A DNA stretch of 64,000 bases from Octopus vulgaris (taxonomy: Eukaryota): positions 76,632,001 to 76,696,000 of the forward strand of contig OX597826.1 of assembly GCA_951406725.2 (NCBI GenBank), in the 5' to 3' direction. Below, piece by piece: positions 11,953 through 27,389 of the stretch. The notes beneath the pieces are model-generated. The model worked only from the letters and a program-made list of their open reading frames with translations, was not told the DNA's origin and ran no database searches. The translations under genes were made by a program, and so were the position numbers. Positions within the stretch are counted from its first letter, which is position 1. The number at the start of each line of letters is the position of its first letter.

Positions 11953-12039
11953 ATACATTGTTATTCCATATATGATATATTTGATTTTCTTGTGTATATA
12001 TGTTAATTCGTATACATTGATGCCCACCCACAAACGTAT

Positions 12040-12255
12040 ATTGGTTACAAATTCTGATACAAGGCCAATAGTTTTGGTTGTGGGGCTAAGTCGATTACAT
12101 CGACCCCCAGTGTTTCGCTGGTACTTATTTTATCGATTTTGAAACGATGGAAGGAAAAGTCGACCTCAGAGGAAATTGAACTCAGAACGTAGCGATGTGC
12201 GAAATTCCACCAAGCCTTAAGCCCGGCGTGCAAACGATTCTGCCAGCTCACCGAC
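12040..12255 (-). mobile_element. SINE family A (tRNA-derived, Nin-like core)
   Basis: Reverse complement of the GAGCTGGCAGAATCG..GAGTTCAA..GTCGACTTT..CGATAAAATAAGTACCAG consensus seen at 32245. Confidence 0.8.
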
Positions 12256-12483
12256 TTGCCACGCAAATGCACTAAAATACATGCATATATAAGTACAAAC
12301 ATGTGTGTATATATATATATGTATATATATATGTGTGTGTGTATATATGTACATATATATATATATTTGTATATATATGCATATGTGTGTGCATATATGT
12401 ATATATATGTGTGTGTAGGCGCTTGTATGTGTGATATACCTGGAAGGTGATTTTTCTTTAATGTAAATTTATGAAATGAACCG

Positions 12484-12850
<367 letters not shown>

Positions 12851-13669
12851 AAAAAACGAAATATTGTTCTGTTGTAGAAAATTAACAAGTTACAGGAATA
12901 TCTTAGTTCTCCCTTAAAGAAGGTCGGAATTTCTGTTTTACAACTATTCCGGGTTTTTCTTTTTTTGTATTAATCTTTCCTAACTTTATAAAATTATTAT
13001 TACCGCCTCTCATTTCATAGCATTGATCACAAATTCGAAGATTGCTTTTTTCAAAGCTCCATCGACGTTCCATACTTTGTTTTGGTCAAAAGAATATTTT
13101 AAACTCCACCGTTTTAGTTTAGATCTGAACTAGCTGAGAAAGTTTCATTTTACTTATATCAAGATCGTTTGTGATTACGTATTTGTAAACTTTTTGCGAG
13201 TGAGGAAGGAAATGACTGTAAAATATTGAGCCATCTCCGCCCCCAAAAAGAAAGAAAAAGAAAAGACACGTAAACACGACGTATCAAATATTCATTATAG
13301 ACATGAAAGCAGTTTTAAAGATACTGTTTAAACATAGAGGAGGTTTGTTAAATATACTGTTTGCTTGCATTAAGTTCATTGAAGTCAACAGATATTCAAG
13401 GTAACGGTAGTTTTTAATAAGTTATAACGAGTTAACTCTTTCGGTACGAAGTATATTTCTCTAGCAGTCATTCGATAACTCATTCATTACACACACACGT
13501 GATCAATTAGCTCACTTTGCAATCCTAGAAGCGCAGTTTCGATCCAGGGACTAGGTTTCTTGAGTAGTATGTCTGTCTATAAGCAATTAGTTTACTTAAT
13601 GGAATAGAAATTACAAAAAAATAAAGAGTGAAAAGAAAAATAGCACTTTCCGCGTGGCAAACAATGGAG

Positions 13670-13875
13670 CTTCTACGGGCTGGTCCGATCGGCTGGAAAC
13701 AGCAGCTAAGTTTCCCTGAAAGTCACACCTTACTTACGTTAATAAAAAGGAAGAACACGTTGGATAATACTATCCTAGATAAACCGTTTCTGAATAAAAG
13801 AGAATATTGTTACGACAAAACACGATTGAATGTCTGCCCGAACAGGGTTTGATCCGGGGCTAAACACAGACAGCA
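13670..13875 (+). repeat. Old dispersed repeat family (GCTAGAAATAGCAGC..TCACACC motif)
   Basis: Diverged similar segments near 19065-19230, 21655-21825, 26140-26190 (-) and 38480-38520; judged by eye. Confidence 0.45.
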
Positions 13876-14271
13876 AGAGCATCGCTCTATCATGAAAGAT
13901 TTAATTGTTTAATATTAATTGCACCCAAACCGGTGGGAGACTTAACTCTAATTTAGTTAATGACACGCAAAGCAAGCCGGGATGTATTGCGTTACGTGAA
14001 AATGATAAAAAAGCGCGGCTTCTTATATTTAGTCCAGCATCTGCAATAGTTCTAGTTCACTGCAAAACAACGCACGATTTGCGGCAGTTTAATAACTGCA
14101 GTAATTAATAATTAAGCTAAATATTTCAAACAATAATTTCGATAAAACATAACAAGAATTTAATCAAGTAAAATGCAGTGGGTTAGGTTTGCCGAAAATC
14201 ACCTTCCAGCGTCGTCGTTGCGAACTTGTTTGTTTGGCCTTTATATTTTGTGAATTATTAGCAACCGAAGA

Positions 14272-14682
14272 AGGCGGCGAACTGGGAGAAGTGTTTGCTT
14301 TTTCCAGGAAAATGCTTATCGGCAAACTGGCAGAATCGTTAGCACGCTGTTACGTTGTGAGTTCAAATTCCGCCGAGGTCGACTTTGCCTTTCATCCTTT
14401 CGGGGTCGATTAAATAAGTACCATTTACGCACTGGGGTCGATGTAATCGACTTAATCCGTTTGTGTGTCCTTGTTTGTCCCCTCTGTGTTTAGCCCCTTG
14501 TGGGTAGCAAAGAAATAGGTATTTCATTCGTCTTTATGTTCAGAGATCAAGTCCTGTAGAGGTCGACTCTGCTTTTTACTCCTTTTCGGGTCGGAAACAT
14601 AAGTACCAGTTCAGCACTGAGGTCAATATTGACTTAGCCCGTCACCCGAAATTCCTGGCCTTGTGCCAAACTTTGAAACCAT
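14272..14682 (+). mobile_element. SINE family A composite (head-body-tail-body)
   Basis: GCCTTTCATCCTTTCGGGGTCGATTAAATAAGTACC core; the body restarts after AAAGAAATAGGTATTT. Confidence 0.85.
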
Positions 14683-15344
14683 GATCAACCGAAGAATCTG
14701 TTGTTACTGTTAGTGCCAGTGAGCTCTGGTCAAACAGACTTATGTCTAAACGTGGGACAACTGTGACCGTCCCAGTTTTATCCTTTTTCTTTTTTCAATA
14801 TATCAGGGACTTCAATATCATCCCTGAATCAGGGACCGCAATGTCATCCCTGATATCAACAATTATAGGGCGTATAGTCCCGTTCAATGACCGATTACCT
14901 AGGGATATGTTGTCATTCTTCATTTAAGACTCTGTAGACACTTCACAATATTATTGGGACTGATTCAATGTATCTTTGCTGCTGTTGTTGCTGTTTAGGC
15001 CCAAGTAAACAGTGATTGACGAAAACTATACTAGCTTTATCAGACGATGAGTGAAAGATAAATGCTATGCGTCAAGTTTACAGTCTTTATTTAACTGGAT
15101 ACAGCAAGTACTGAAGATTCAACTTCAGAAGAATTTGATTAAAGATGGATCTGAATGAAAACTATATATTAGCGGCAGAGGCAGTTTTAGACGTGGAACA
15201 GGCTATACTGCGATAGATACCGCGAGAGAAAATCTGACTCTGGTTAGCTATGCAAACAAGAGGGCACTGTGCACCAGAAGCCAGTATGAGATTTCTTTCT
15301 CATGGTATCAGCGGGAGCTGATTAAATGTCATTTGCAGAAAATA

Positions 15345-15560
15345 AGGCGACGACCTGGCAAAACCATTTGCACGCCAGACAAAATGCTTAGCAGAATTGT
15401 TTCCATCTTTACGTTCTGAGTTCAAATTCCGCTGAGGTTAGACTTTACCTCTAACCTTTTGGGATCGATGAAATAAGTACCAGTTGAACAATGCTATTGA
15501 TGTAATCTCGACCAACCTTTTCACCCAAAATTTCAAACCTTGTGCCCATAGTAGAAAGTA
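15345..15560 (+). mobile_element. SINE family A
   Basis: AGGCGACGACCTGGCA..GTTCTGAGTTCAAATTCCGC..GATGAAATAAGTACCAG..CTTGTGCC. Confidence 0.8.
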
Positions 15561-15872
15561 GCTTAGATATTTGTCAATCATATTAATCCATAATATTGAG
15601 CTCATAGGTTTCCCGTATATAAGATCGAAAGTAAATCACACGACTAAAGAAAATAAGATTTTTCTTCGGTAAGAAAAGCTTCAGTGTAAGGACTAGGAAA
15701 TACTTAATTTATTGAATATAGCAACCGAACCTGCCTGAAGTCCAAATCTATTCTGTTAAAAAGAAATGATATATTGGATCATATATTTTGAAAAACCAAT
15801 ATGTTTGTAAAATGTGGCAGCAGCGATGTCTAGAATTCTGTTGATGATTGCTTATTATAAGAATAATCAAAT

Positions 15873-16200
15873 AAGGTGACGAGTTGGCAGAATCGTTGAC
15901 ACACCGGGCAAATTATTTAACGGCATTTCGACTGTTTTCATGTTCTGTGTTCAAATTCCATCGGAGTTGACATTGTTTATCATCCTTTTGGGGTCGATAA
16001 AATAAGTACAAATTGAACATTGGAGCCGGCAGAATTTGAACTCAAAGTGTAGCATTTCTGCCAGCTCGCCGCTTTGCACACGCAAACATATTGTCAAGAA
16101 ACGCACCTCTTACAGCTTCCGCCTAAAATTCGTTACCGAAAGGTGGTGCTCCAGCATGGCCGCAGTCAAATGACTGAAACAAGTAAAAGAGTAAAAGAGT
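15873..16200 (+). mobile_element. SINE A copy, an inverted SINE A head fragment (~16025-16072) and a SINE B tail (16138-16200)
   Basis: Consensus matches to both families. Confidence 0.75.
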
Positions 16201-16476
16201 ATCAACCTTGCTAAGTAGTGGATATGTTCAACACTTATTGCACTTCTTAATAACTGGAAAATAGTACGCAATACAATTAATAATAATTTCACAGTAATTT
16301 TATTTGAAGAAAGCCAAATCATTAGAACGCTCATTTGCATAATTATTTTCATAATTGTTATTAATAGTTTTCCTCGTTTTCGTTTCCTTCCAAAAGGAAA
16401 ATGAAATAAAACTCATTGCTTTATGTTATTGTTGCTCTTATGTCGAGGGAAACTGTTGCAATACTTGTTATTAAAC

Positions 16477-16503
16477 TTCTTCTTCATCATCATCTTCATC
16501 ATT

Positions 16504-16572
<69 letters not shown>

Positions 16573-16811
16573 TTCTTCTTCTTCTTCTTCTTCTTCTTCT
16601 TCTTCTTCTTCTTCTTCTACTACTACTTCTTCTTCTTCTCCTCCTCCTCCTCTTCTTCTCCCTCTTCCCCCTCCTCCTCCTCCTCCTTCTTCTTCTTTCT
16701 GTTGTTCTCTGTGGTCTTTCGTTTTGGTGACGTTGCGCCATACAGTCAGACAAGGCTGTAAAAACAATGGTAAATCTTATTCTTTTGTTGTAATTAACTT
16801 AAAAGAATGAT

Positions 16812-16866
<55 letters not shown>

Positions 16867-16960
16867 AACAATACTCGCACCCCCACCCAGGTAACATGAA
16901 AAGTAGCCAAGCAAAAGAAACAACGATAGCAACATTCATAGCAACAACAGCAACGACATC

Positions 16961-17013
<53 letters not shown>

Positions 17014-17015
17014 CA

Positions 17016-17047
<32 letters not shown>

Positions 17048-17084
17048 AATAATAATAATAATAATAATGATAATAATAATAATA

Positions 17085-17146
<62 letters not shown>

Positions 17147-17160
17147 AATAATAATAATAA
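16477..17160. repeat. Compound microsatellites (CAT/CTT/CCT/TA/TAA/GAT)
   Basis: Directly visible; these generate spurious homopolymer ORFs. Confidence 0.95.
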
Positions 17161-17891
17161 TCTTCATCAGTAATAGAAATATAACACAAAAAAAAAAAGA
17201 AAAAAGAAAAGACAGCGACAATAACTACCAAAGACAATAATTTCCAGAAGAAATGTAGTTCTTTTTCCAGGGATTTAAATTATTTACAATTTTGTCAAAG
17301 AATAACTGTTAATCTCGAAATGGTTGTACAGAAAACAGCGAATATAAATGCATTTGGTAAACATCTGTCTGCTAAAAACGCTATGTTTCACAACTTCTGT
17401 TTCAACAGACAGTTATTAGTGTTTGTTGTTGCTGTTGCTGTTGATGTTTTTGTTGTGGTTGTTGTTATAGTCCTTGCTGCCGTTTTTATTGTCCTTATAA
17501 ACAGAAAACCTGACTTGTTCAGGCGTTTAAAAAGCCATCTTTCATCCTCCTGCTTTTATTCTCCTTCATTTTATTGGTGTACATTTATTCTTTATAGTTA
17601 TTTTTATTATTCATTTTTTTTTGTTGTGGGAGCTGTTTTGTTTGGGGGTTTTTTTTTTGCGGAATTTTGTCTTTTTTTTCTCCATCTGTACTTCGTGAAT
17701 TTCACTCGCATTTTTTTTTTTTTTTTGGTCTTCATACATTCGTGTCTACATGGTTTTCTTGTGTTCCTCTCTTCATATCTTGTACGTCTCAGATTCACAA
17801 TCTCTTAGTACGTCTCTCTCTCCCTCATTCGCTCTCTCTCTCTTTTACTATCACTCTCTACATATATATATACACACATATATATATACAG

Positions 17892-17946
<55 letters not shown>

Positions 17947-20313
17947 CACACATATATATATATATACATATATATATTTACGTGCATGTATATATATGTA
18001 GGTAATATATATATACGTAAACATATGTACATACATATTTATAAATGTATATTATATATGTATATATAAATATATTTATGCACATATGTATATACACTAA
18101 ATACGGACATGAATACTTGCGTGCTTACACATATACATATAAATATGCAAACAAATATATTTTACCTCTCATTTTCCATTTCGCTTTATCAAACTAAATC
18201 TAGTTCAAGCATATATGTTTTTTATTTTCTTTGTTGTTGTAATTCAGAAGGTAAAGAATTGGTACCACATATTTGATGTTTTTAATTATTCACGCCACCT
18301 GGCGGAAGTAAATCATTATATAATGTACAGGTATTTTATTTGACATAAATGAAATTTTCATGGAGTTGGTATCTCACCATACCCGCACGCACTGTACTGA
18401 CGAACCGAAGTAAGTCGATTGTGCAATGTTATGATACGGAGAGGAATAAAATTCCATCTGCTTGGTGAATTATTTATTTTTCTAGTGTATGAATTTCACT
18501 TAAACTCATAAGATTTCCCTTGCAGAGATGTTCCGACGGAATAAAATACATTACTTATTAGGTATATCCTGAGGAGCAGCGTAGCAGATATGGTAAGAGA
18601 ATTGAACCAAACGTCCAAGAATATCTAACTTCCTTCTTCAGCTTTCTGGATCATGAGTTATCCTGGTCAGTTTTAGCTTTAAACGCTATAAATCCATTGG
18701 CGCGATTGTGCACGTTTCAGGAATATTATTCATTTATATAAGTGAAAACTGACAATTGATGTCTTTATTTTAGTATGAGAAATCAACATGAAGTTTTAAG
18801 TCAGGCATAAACACAAGTTTTATTTTAATTCAAGTTCGAAAGTTCTTTGTGAAGATTTCACAGTCTTTCTGAAGAAAATGTAGAAGACGATTAGGATATA
18901 AACTTTGAGAAGCTCATTTTAAACCGTCTCTGTAAGTTATCCTTAAAGCTTACGAGACAAAGATAGATTTTCTGCTTACATGCTCGACATGCGAGAAGCA
19001 AAAGCTATATATCTTTAAAATACACCCTGTTTTATTATACAAAGACAGTAAAAGCTTCCTTCTGGTAGCTAGAAATAGCAATGAAATCGTACTCAAAGGA
19101 TATTTTGCCATGTTAGAAAAGATCATAGATAAAGTGTTCTTTCGTTCGCTGTATGCAGGGAAAATAGGATGGATATGGGAGTGGGAAGGTGTTTGGTCAT
19201 TAGATTACTCTAATTAAACCATGAGATGGGGAGAGGACATTTTAGATGTTGTAATCATGCAGACCCCTATAAGATGGGGTGGTCACAGACAGACGCTCTG
19301 TGATCAAAGGTGTGCTAAATACGAAGATTGATCTGGAATAACCAGAAGTTTAAAAGATTTTGGTACAAAATGCTTGGATTCGATCAATCCCTGCTAAGTT
19401 CCAGTCAACTGAGATAAAGAAATTTTCCTCAGAAGCAAAACAATAATACTTCATACTTATTTCAGAAATATGCACAAAACGTGGGCAATTGAATATAGTA
19501 TCATATCGAGATAGAGAAGAATAAACTAGCGGTGGATTTTAAAGCCATAACTATGGCTGTTGGTCACTGGATACCGTTATATGTATGGCCTTACTCTTAT
19601 ACTGTAATATGATATAAATAATACTTTACTTTCAGAAAGCGCTCAACAAAAGAGCCACAAGCCAACAATAGGAGTAATGGAAGGTCTCTAGTCCTGCGCT
19701 TCACAGACATTGAAGAGCAGCGCTCCTTTGGCAGAATGGCGTTTAACAAACGTGTTTTGCAGAAAAAAAATGTTTTAGAAATATCAAAATCAAATAGAAA
19801 CCGATTTGGGGCAGTGGCTTCTTGTTCACATTTTCTAATAATATTTAATCAGGTACAAAGCCTCTTAATTATTTTCTTAAGTTATCATGGAAATTTCTAA
19901 AGAGAGTGAAGATTTAAATAACTGTATCATATTTAAGTACAAGGGAATGAGTTTTGAGCGAAAGAGTGTAGATAATATTATTGATCGCAGTAATTACCTT
20001 GTATGATATTTTATCGACCCCAGAGGAGTCGAAAACAACGCTCACCTGGACTGGATTTGAACTCAGAATGTACAAGACAAGAAAGAATATCATAAAATAT
20101 TTTTTCTGAAGTTGTAACGATTCAGCTCGCTTGTTACCGTAAGGGCTTTACTCATGAAATTATGAGATTAGTGCGCGTAAAAATACTACAAGAAACGTTA
20201 CAATTTAAATTTTCACTAAAGTGCCATTAGTGGCACGAAGGCATCAAATGTATATTTGTTTAACTTTTGAAATAATGTAAAATAATTTAAAATAATCAAT
20301 ATTTCATTATATA

Positions 20314-21184
20314 TTGGGTCACCACATAAATAATGCGGCTTTTTCAGTTGCATGAACTAAAAGTCGGAGGGGGACGGGATAAACAACCTGCATCATTTTG
20401 CTATAAAAGAAGTTTGTAATTTTACCTTGTACTTATTCTTAGTTCAAGGTTTGAAGAGTGCAGTGCGGTTTTAACAGTTATTTTTTCAAAGCTATGATGG
20501 AAGTGACAAAGAAACATATTGGGCATATTTTGCTTTATGAGTTCAATAAAGGCAACAACGTAAGGGAAAGTGCTTGGAACATTAATGCAGCATATGGGGA
20601 CTGGACCATAAGTGTTAACCAGTGTCACCGGCACCCCAGGGTAAAGAAGGTCATCACCCACGTAAGGTATTGTTATCTCTTTGGTGGGATATGAAACCAA
20701 ACGTTAACAAAGGAGATCCACTGTGAGCAGCTTGAGCAGCTTAAGACAGCACTGGAAGAAAAATGACCATCTTTGGTTTCAAGATGAAAGGTGTTGAAAG
20801 GTGTTCATTCATCAGGATAATGCTCGGTCACATACTGTGAGGACCACATTCCAAAGGCTGGAGCAGTTTGAATGGGAAACGATGCCCCACCCACCATATT
20901 CGCCGGACATTGCCACATTTGGTTATCATTTATTCCGCAGTCTTCAAAATGATTTGGACTGAAAATATATGAATTCTGTAGACGAGGTCAGAATAATAAA
21001 GGAGGAGTATTTTTCGTGACTGACAATTGAATTTTAGAAGACAAGCCTTCACGTCTAGCAGATAGATGGATGAGCATTGCAGAAAATGAAAGAGACTATA
21101 TTTCATATTAAAAAAGAACTTTATCTTAATCTTAAAAAAATTAAAGAAGTTTAAAAACACTGCATTATTTATGGGCTGACCCAA
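20314..21184 (+). mobile_element. Internally deleted mariner transposon
   Basis: TIRs TTGGGTCACCACATAAATAATGC / GCATTATTTATGGGCTGACCCAA with TA flanks. Remnant motifs MEVTKKHIGHILLYEF, HPRKVLLSLWWD, HQDNARSH, HPPYSPDIA and YHLFRSLQN. Confidence 0.9.
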
Positions 21185-22599
21185 TATATCCCAAAAATAT
21201 TTAATAAATCAAAAAACAGCCAATTGCTGTTTTGTGCTTAGTGGGGTTTTCTTATTTTAAAATATCAACCTCAATGTTTGACAATGAAAAGTCGAAACCT
21301 TTTAATTTCTGTGTCTGCAATCAACGCCATCGCTTAGCTTTGCAATTCTGCTAAACTGTTTTTCAGTCAGGAAGGAAATGTCATCAACAACCTTATTCCT
21401 TGTAAAAGATAAGAATATTTGATTTGATATATCGCTGATGATCCAAGTACCCACTCATATTATAATCTCTGCAAAGAAGATTTTGAAGATGTGTTTTAAA
21501 TATAAGCATCATCTTTAGTTTAAATGTTTATTTCTAAGGAAATCAGGCCCTTTAAGCATCGAACATTCCCAATGAAGGCTGTCTGGCATTTAGAACACCC
21601 AAGTGAGTACTACCTTCTCGGTTAAAAATCACTGCATTATACAGTGATTAAACTTTCTAGAAATAAGAGCAAAGTTTTCTTTAGATCGCACCCTGCTGGC
21701 TTAAAAACACATGGGTCGATATAGGGCTAAATATACTATACCCGATAAAACAAAAACAATGGGTGTGTCACAACTTGAATGATTTTTTATCCGAGGACTA
21801 CGTAAAAATAGGTGACCTGTGGTTAAAAAACAGTTTCCGGTGATATAAGTATTTTAAAGTCTGAGATTACAAATCTACACTATAAACGTTAGATTTTTTA
21901 AAACCCATATTAACCCACTGTCCTTGTTTGAGGACAGTTGTATTTGGTTTATTCACTGCAAAAAAGGTTAACTGGACGCTTCGGTATGTTTGTTATCCTT
22001 ATTTATATAACTACCCTCATAATTTCAACAGGCAAAAATGGATAAAAGAAAAACATATTATTGTAGAACATTCCATTCAGTCTATCATTAGATAGACTTT
22101 GGTAACTGTAGCTTGGTTGTTGCATTCGTCGAACGTTTCCTTTGGAAATAATTGTTCTGAGTTCAAATGTGGAATAAAAATAAGTGACTATTTTAGAGCA
22201 TCGAACAACTGGCCAACTCTTGGATGGCTCGGAATATTACATCCAATACCCATTGCAGGGGGTTTAACAGGTACAAAAATCAGAGTTTACAAATCTACCA
22301 AATCTTTTATTATTTTTGAATCGTCGCAATAACAAAGAGAGAAGAAGAATGAATTTTTACAAGATGGCTTTCTCAAGGTTCAGCGAAATCTAAATTACTG
22401 CGGTCATCGAAATATTCTGTAGATTATTCGACACACAAACACAGAAATATTCAGGTTTTCAGTTTACGATTATAAGATTTCAGCATACACACACACTAAC
22501 ATATACACACACACACGCACACCTCTTGCTTTTTTCTATCTCTTTCTGTGTGCGTGTATATATGTAGGTGGGTGTGAACGTACGTTTTATATACATACA

Positions 22600-22660
<61 letters not shown>

Positions 22661-22858
22661 GCACACACACACCTATATATGTGTGTGTATATATATATGT
22701 TTATATGTGTGTACATATATATATAATTCTAATACATATATCTATATATAAATGGGTGTATGTATATATGGCATATTTCTTCACAGACCCACTCGCACAC
22801 GTAAATATATTTATACATAAACGCAAATATATGCATGTATCGGCGTGTATGTATTTAT

Positions 22859-22964
<106 letters not shown>

Positions 22965-23548
22965 TATATATATATAGGTGTGTGTGTGTATATATATGTA
23001 TGTATATGTGCGTGTGTGTATATATATATTCTTCGAGAAGAGATAGTGGAGGTAGAAAATTAATCTGATTCCCAATTATCGATTTTTTTAACAATTACGT
23101 AGTTAATTCTAAGTTTTTTTTCTTTTTCTTTTATTTTTTTTCGTTTTTTTTTTTTCAAAATATGTGGTTAATTTTATTTCTGAAGTGATAATTGCAGTAA
23201 TTGCTTTTTCTGTGACTGGCAATGTAAACAGCAAGAATTACCAAAAAGTAAAACGAAATAAAAACTAGAACTGTTGCAACAATTACAACTAGAAAAAAGG
23301 CGAACCCGACTAATAACCACAACAACAGAAACAGGCAAAGATACTGAGAATTAACGGCAGTTTGTGACATTATTTTTGCAGACATCCTGGTGTTGTTTTG
23401 CAGATTTAAATGATACTGAACGCATACATTCGTGACACATGGTGCTAGTTTGATGTGTTGAAAATCCATGGCATGCTGGGATTTAATGTGAATTTGTTAA
23501 TCAAAAGTAGAAGACGCCAAAACAACCGACAGCAAACGAGAATAGTGA

Positions 23549-23587
<39 letters not shown>

Positions 23588-23954
23588 GACAATACTACAC
23601 TACAGTCGTAACATAGTGGAGATTTAATTCATTTCGTGTATGAAAAATTGAAATAATAATGAGGATTTCTATCAAAGGAACAAGGAACCTTTTTTTTCTT
23701 TTTTGTGCGAGAAAATTGTCGATTAAATCACTTTTAGTATTTGACTACGGGTAATTTTATCGACCCCCAGCGCAAGAAAATACTATTTACTTCGACAAAA
23801 TTTCAATATAGAGAAACGGAAGCTAAAACGAATGGCTTCAATACATTCTGTTCATCGCTTTACCGTAGCTCTCAATCCAACATTTCTTCTTCTTCTTCTT
23901 CTTCTTCTTCTTCTTCTTCTTCTTCTTCTTCTTCTTCTTCTTCTTCTTCTTCTT

Positions 23955-24068
<114 letters not shown>

Positions 24069-24140
24069 GAGTGAGAGAACAATGCATGTCATCCACGTGA
24101 CACTGGGATACAAATATACAAAGCCCAATATACCCATTGC
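24069..24140 (-). mobile_element. Short retroposon 3' end abutting (TAA)n
   Basis: Minus strand ..GCATTGTTCTCTCACTC followed by (AAT)n; a SINE A 3' fragment follows on + at 24140-24235. Confidence 0.4.
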
Positions 24141-25019
24141 AGTCGATGAAAAAGTACCAGTTGAGTAACTGAGGGCGATGCAGTCGACTTAACCCGTCTT
24201 CCAAAATTTAGGTCTTGAACCTATGATAGAAAACATCCTTATTATTATTTCGGTTTTCTATCAGTAAGATGCTCTCTGTTCCCGCTGCTTTCAATTTTAT
24301 TATTTTCTTCAACTGTTTTCGAGGAGAACTACTGTGAAAATTTTGTACTCTGGAGGTACAGAACTGACCCGGAGAAACTGTTGAGTTACCATATATTGTA
24401 GCCCATTTAAGCAGAATTCGTTAATTGCTTTTTTGAAAGTTGTACATTTAAAACAGAAATCTAAACAAAAGTCAATATTTTCAACAGAAGAACGGAGGGA
24501 AGATGGTTCTTGGAACAGCTGCCCTTCCAATCTTAATGGATTGAAGCCAAAACAACAGCAACAGTAACTATATCAACATCAACACCACCAATTCGAGAAC
24601 AGCAATCAGATTTTTCTGTCTCGTGGTCATGACGGAAGATTATGCAGAGTACGAGACTGAAATACCTGTAGACAGACATTTTCTTTTATGGCCTGCCAGC
24701 TGAAAAGAAAAGTAAAGGTGGGGAGGGAGATGCCTCTCCCTAGTAAATTCTTTGAAAGGCGAGTGAGAAGAGCAGCAAATATGTTGTATGCGCATACTGC
24801 CTGCCGTTGAGGATCAGGATCTTTAAAGCTTTCGGGATTTGTTTCTAAGTAGCCACTGGGGTTTCGTTTATCTTTGTTACCACTGTTTACACCCCAGGTA
24901 TCCCCTCCATGTTCTGCGCCTACATGTATATACATGTATCATTACGTAGATTTGGATAAAGAGAGAATATTGAAGTTTCGAATGAAAATCTTTGCACAAA
25001 AATTTCATTTCGCTAATAT

Positions 25020-25425
25020 AGACGCAGTCGTAGGTTTGAGTTTAGAAGTTGGCCTCGCAACCACATGGTCTCGGTTTCAGTCCCATTGCATGGAACCTTG
25101 GACAGGTGTCTTGTAATATATCCACGGGCCAACTAAACTCTCTTGAGTGGATTTGGTAGACGAAAATTGAAAATTCCTGACGTATATGTGTATGTGTATG
25201 TGGGTGTGTGTGTCTTTATGTCTCTGTTTCTCTCTCACTAGAGCTTGACAACCGGTGTTGGTTTGATTAAGTCCCTGATTCTTAGCGGTCCGGCAAAAGC
25301 TCTCGATAGGATAAGTATCAGGCTCTAAAAGAAAAGCACACGGGTTGATTTGCATGACAAATATTCCTTCAGGAGAGTGCCCCCGCATGGCCGCAGTCTA
25401 ATAAATGAAACAAGTAAAAGATAAA
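25020..25425 (+). mobile_element. SINE family B, near full length
   Basis: CAACCACATGGTCTCGGTTTCAGTCCC..GAGTGGATTTGGTAGACG..CTTGACAACCGG..GCATGGCCGCAGTC..AAACAAGTAAAAG. Confidence 0.82.
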
Positions 25426-25926
25426 ATACAAATGATGGACCATCCATAGATTCTTCAGACTGAGACCATCGCCACAGTTCTTCAACTTTGATTTACTGAT
25501 TCCTCACATAATTATTCTGGAATGGTCTGACAGTCTTTCATTTATATCATTAGACGCCTTTCTCTATGTTCCCAATGTTGGTAGAAATGTTAGAGTGTCG
25601 GGGTGAGTGAGAATGTTTAACATTTCTTATTCCGGCTCCTTAAATTCCAAGTTCAAATACCATTTAAGGTTAAATTTGTTGTCATTTTTGTCGATCAAAT
25701 GCTGGTGACAGGTTCGATATAAATAAAGTACCAGAAAAGCACAGGCGTCGTTATTATTAATCAACCTCAATCAAAGTTGCTAAACTTTTGTTTAAATAGG
25801 AAACATTCTTACCTTTAAGTTTCTTTTCGTGTTCTCATGATTGTTGCAGTTGTGAGACTTAAATTAGTATTTATTGAGTAGATTTATGATCAACAGCATT
25901 CCAAATGTGACCGTCTTGTCTTTTCA

Positions 25927-26003
<77 letters not shown>

Positions 26004-26681
26004 CCACACACATTAGCTTGCAGCTGTTTCTACTACGAGACGTACTGCACTCATAGATGATGGGTGTGTGTGTGCGTGTATATATATATATATATATATA
26101 TAACATTAATTATTCCCCTGTTCCCCTTTGTTTTTCAGTAAGAGCTTATTCTGTGATTTAAGGTCGATTGTTGCTGCTATTTCTAGCAGATCGGCCAGTG
26201 CTGTTTCTCTAACCATTTACTAAAATCAGCATTAAACTGCTTTCAGTTTAACATTATACATTAACAATGGGAAATTAAACTGAAATGACATGAGTGCGGG
26301 TAACCTCGGTAAAGAGAGGCCGGATTGCGTTCCTTTTTGTTTTGTTTTTTTGCGGATGTGGGTTATAATTCTTGCGTTCCAAATATTTATAAATGACGTA
26401 GACGCAGTAAAGAAAAGCGAAATAATAAGCACAAAATGCCAAATGAATAACAATTAAAATAATAATTAAATATTTAAAGATCTGCGTGAAGATTTGTAAT
26501 TAGAACAACAATGATTAACTGCATAAGAAATTTACCAAATTTACAAAATTGAGTAAGGAAGATAAATTTTTTTCCAGCTCTATGAAATTTACCCCGCTCC
26601 TCCATCAAAAAAGATAACAACAATAAGAATAATGTTTTAGGGGATAATTTCGGAGGAAAACATATCAAGTTGATGAGTAAA

Positions 26682-26758
<77 letters not shown>

Positions 26759-27389
26759 CCTATACACATATATATATATATATTGTAGTTTGAGCTATTG
26801 ACTGTGGCCATGCTGGAGCACTGCGTTTTGCTACACTGTTATTACTGAGATACTCCTAAAATATGTGGTATTTGGAGTAGAATAGAGTTTGATGTAGCTA
26901 CCCTCATTTGCACTTCTTGCCGTAAGGTAGGTTCATCTGGGACTCTCGACAGGAAGAAGTTCAGCCTTGATTTAAAAATGCTTACATCTACTTAGTGCAG
27001 ATTCCTCAGGCTCTTTGGGAGAATATTAAAAAGCTGTGGGTCCATTAAACTCAGGCTGTCGCTTCTAGATTGAATGCATATGATCGAATGTTTATAATTT
27101 TGCTTCGCAATCACGAGTTGTTGTTTTCGATCTTTCAGCGTGAAATTTGGGTCAACTGTCTTTCATCGTATCTTGGAATCGCATCAACCCCTGTGAAAGA
27201 AATCGTGCAGACAGCACCGTGCGCACGTTCGTTGGATCAAAAGTCGTCAAAATTCAAAGACCCAACCTTCCAAACACCGTACCAACATGGGTTTCACCTG
27301 AAGTTTCTACCTGAAGGCTGCAGTTGTATGTGTATGCAATCCTCAACCATTTACCTGTTAATTCAATGAGCAGGAAATTCAATTGATTA

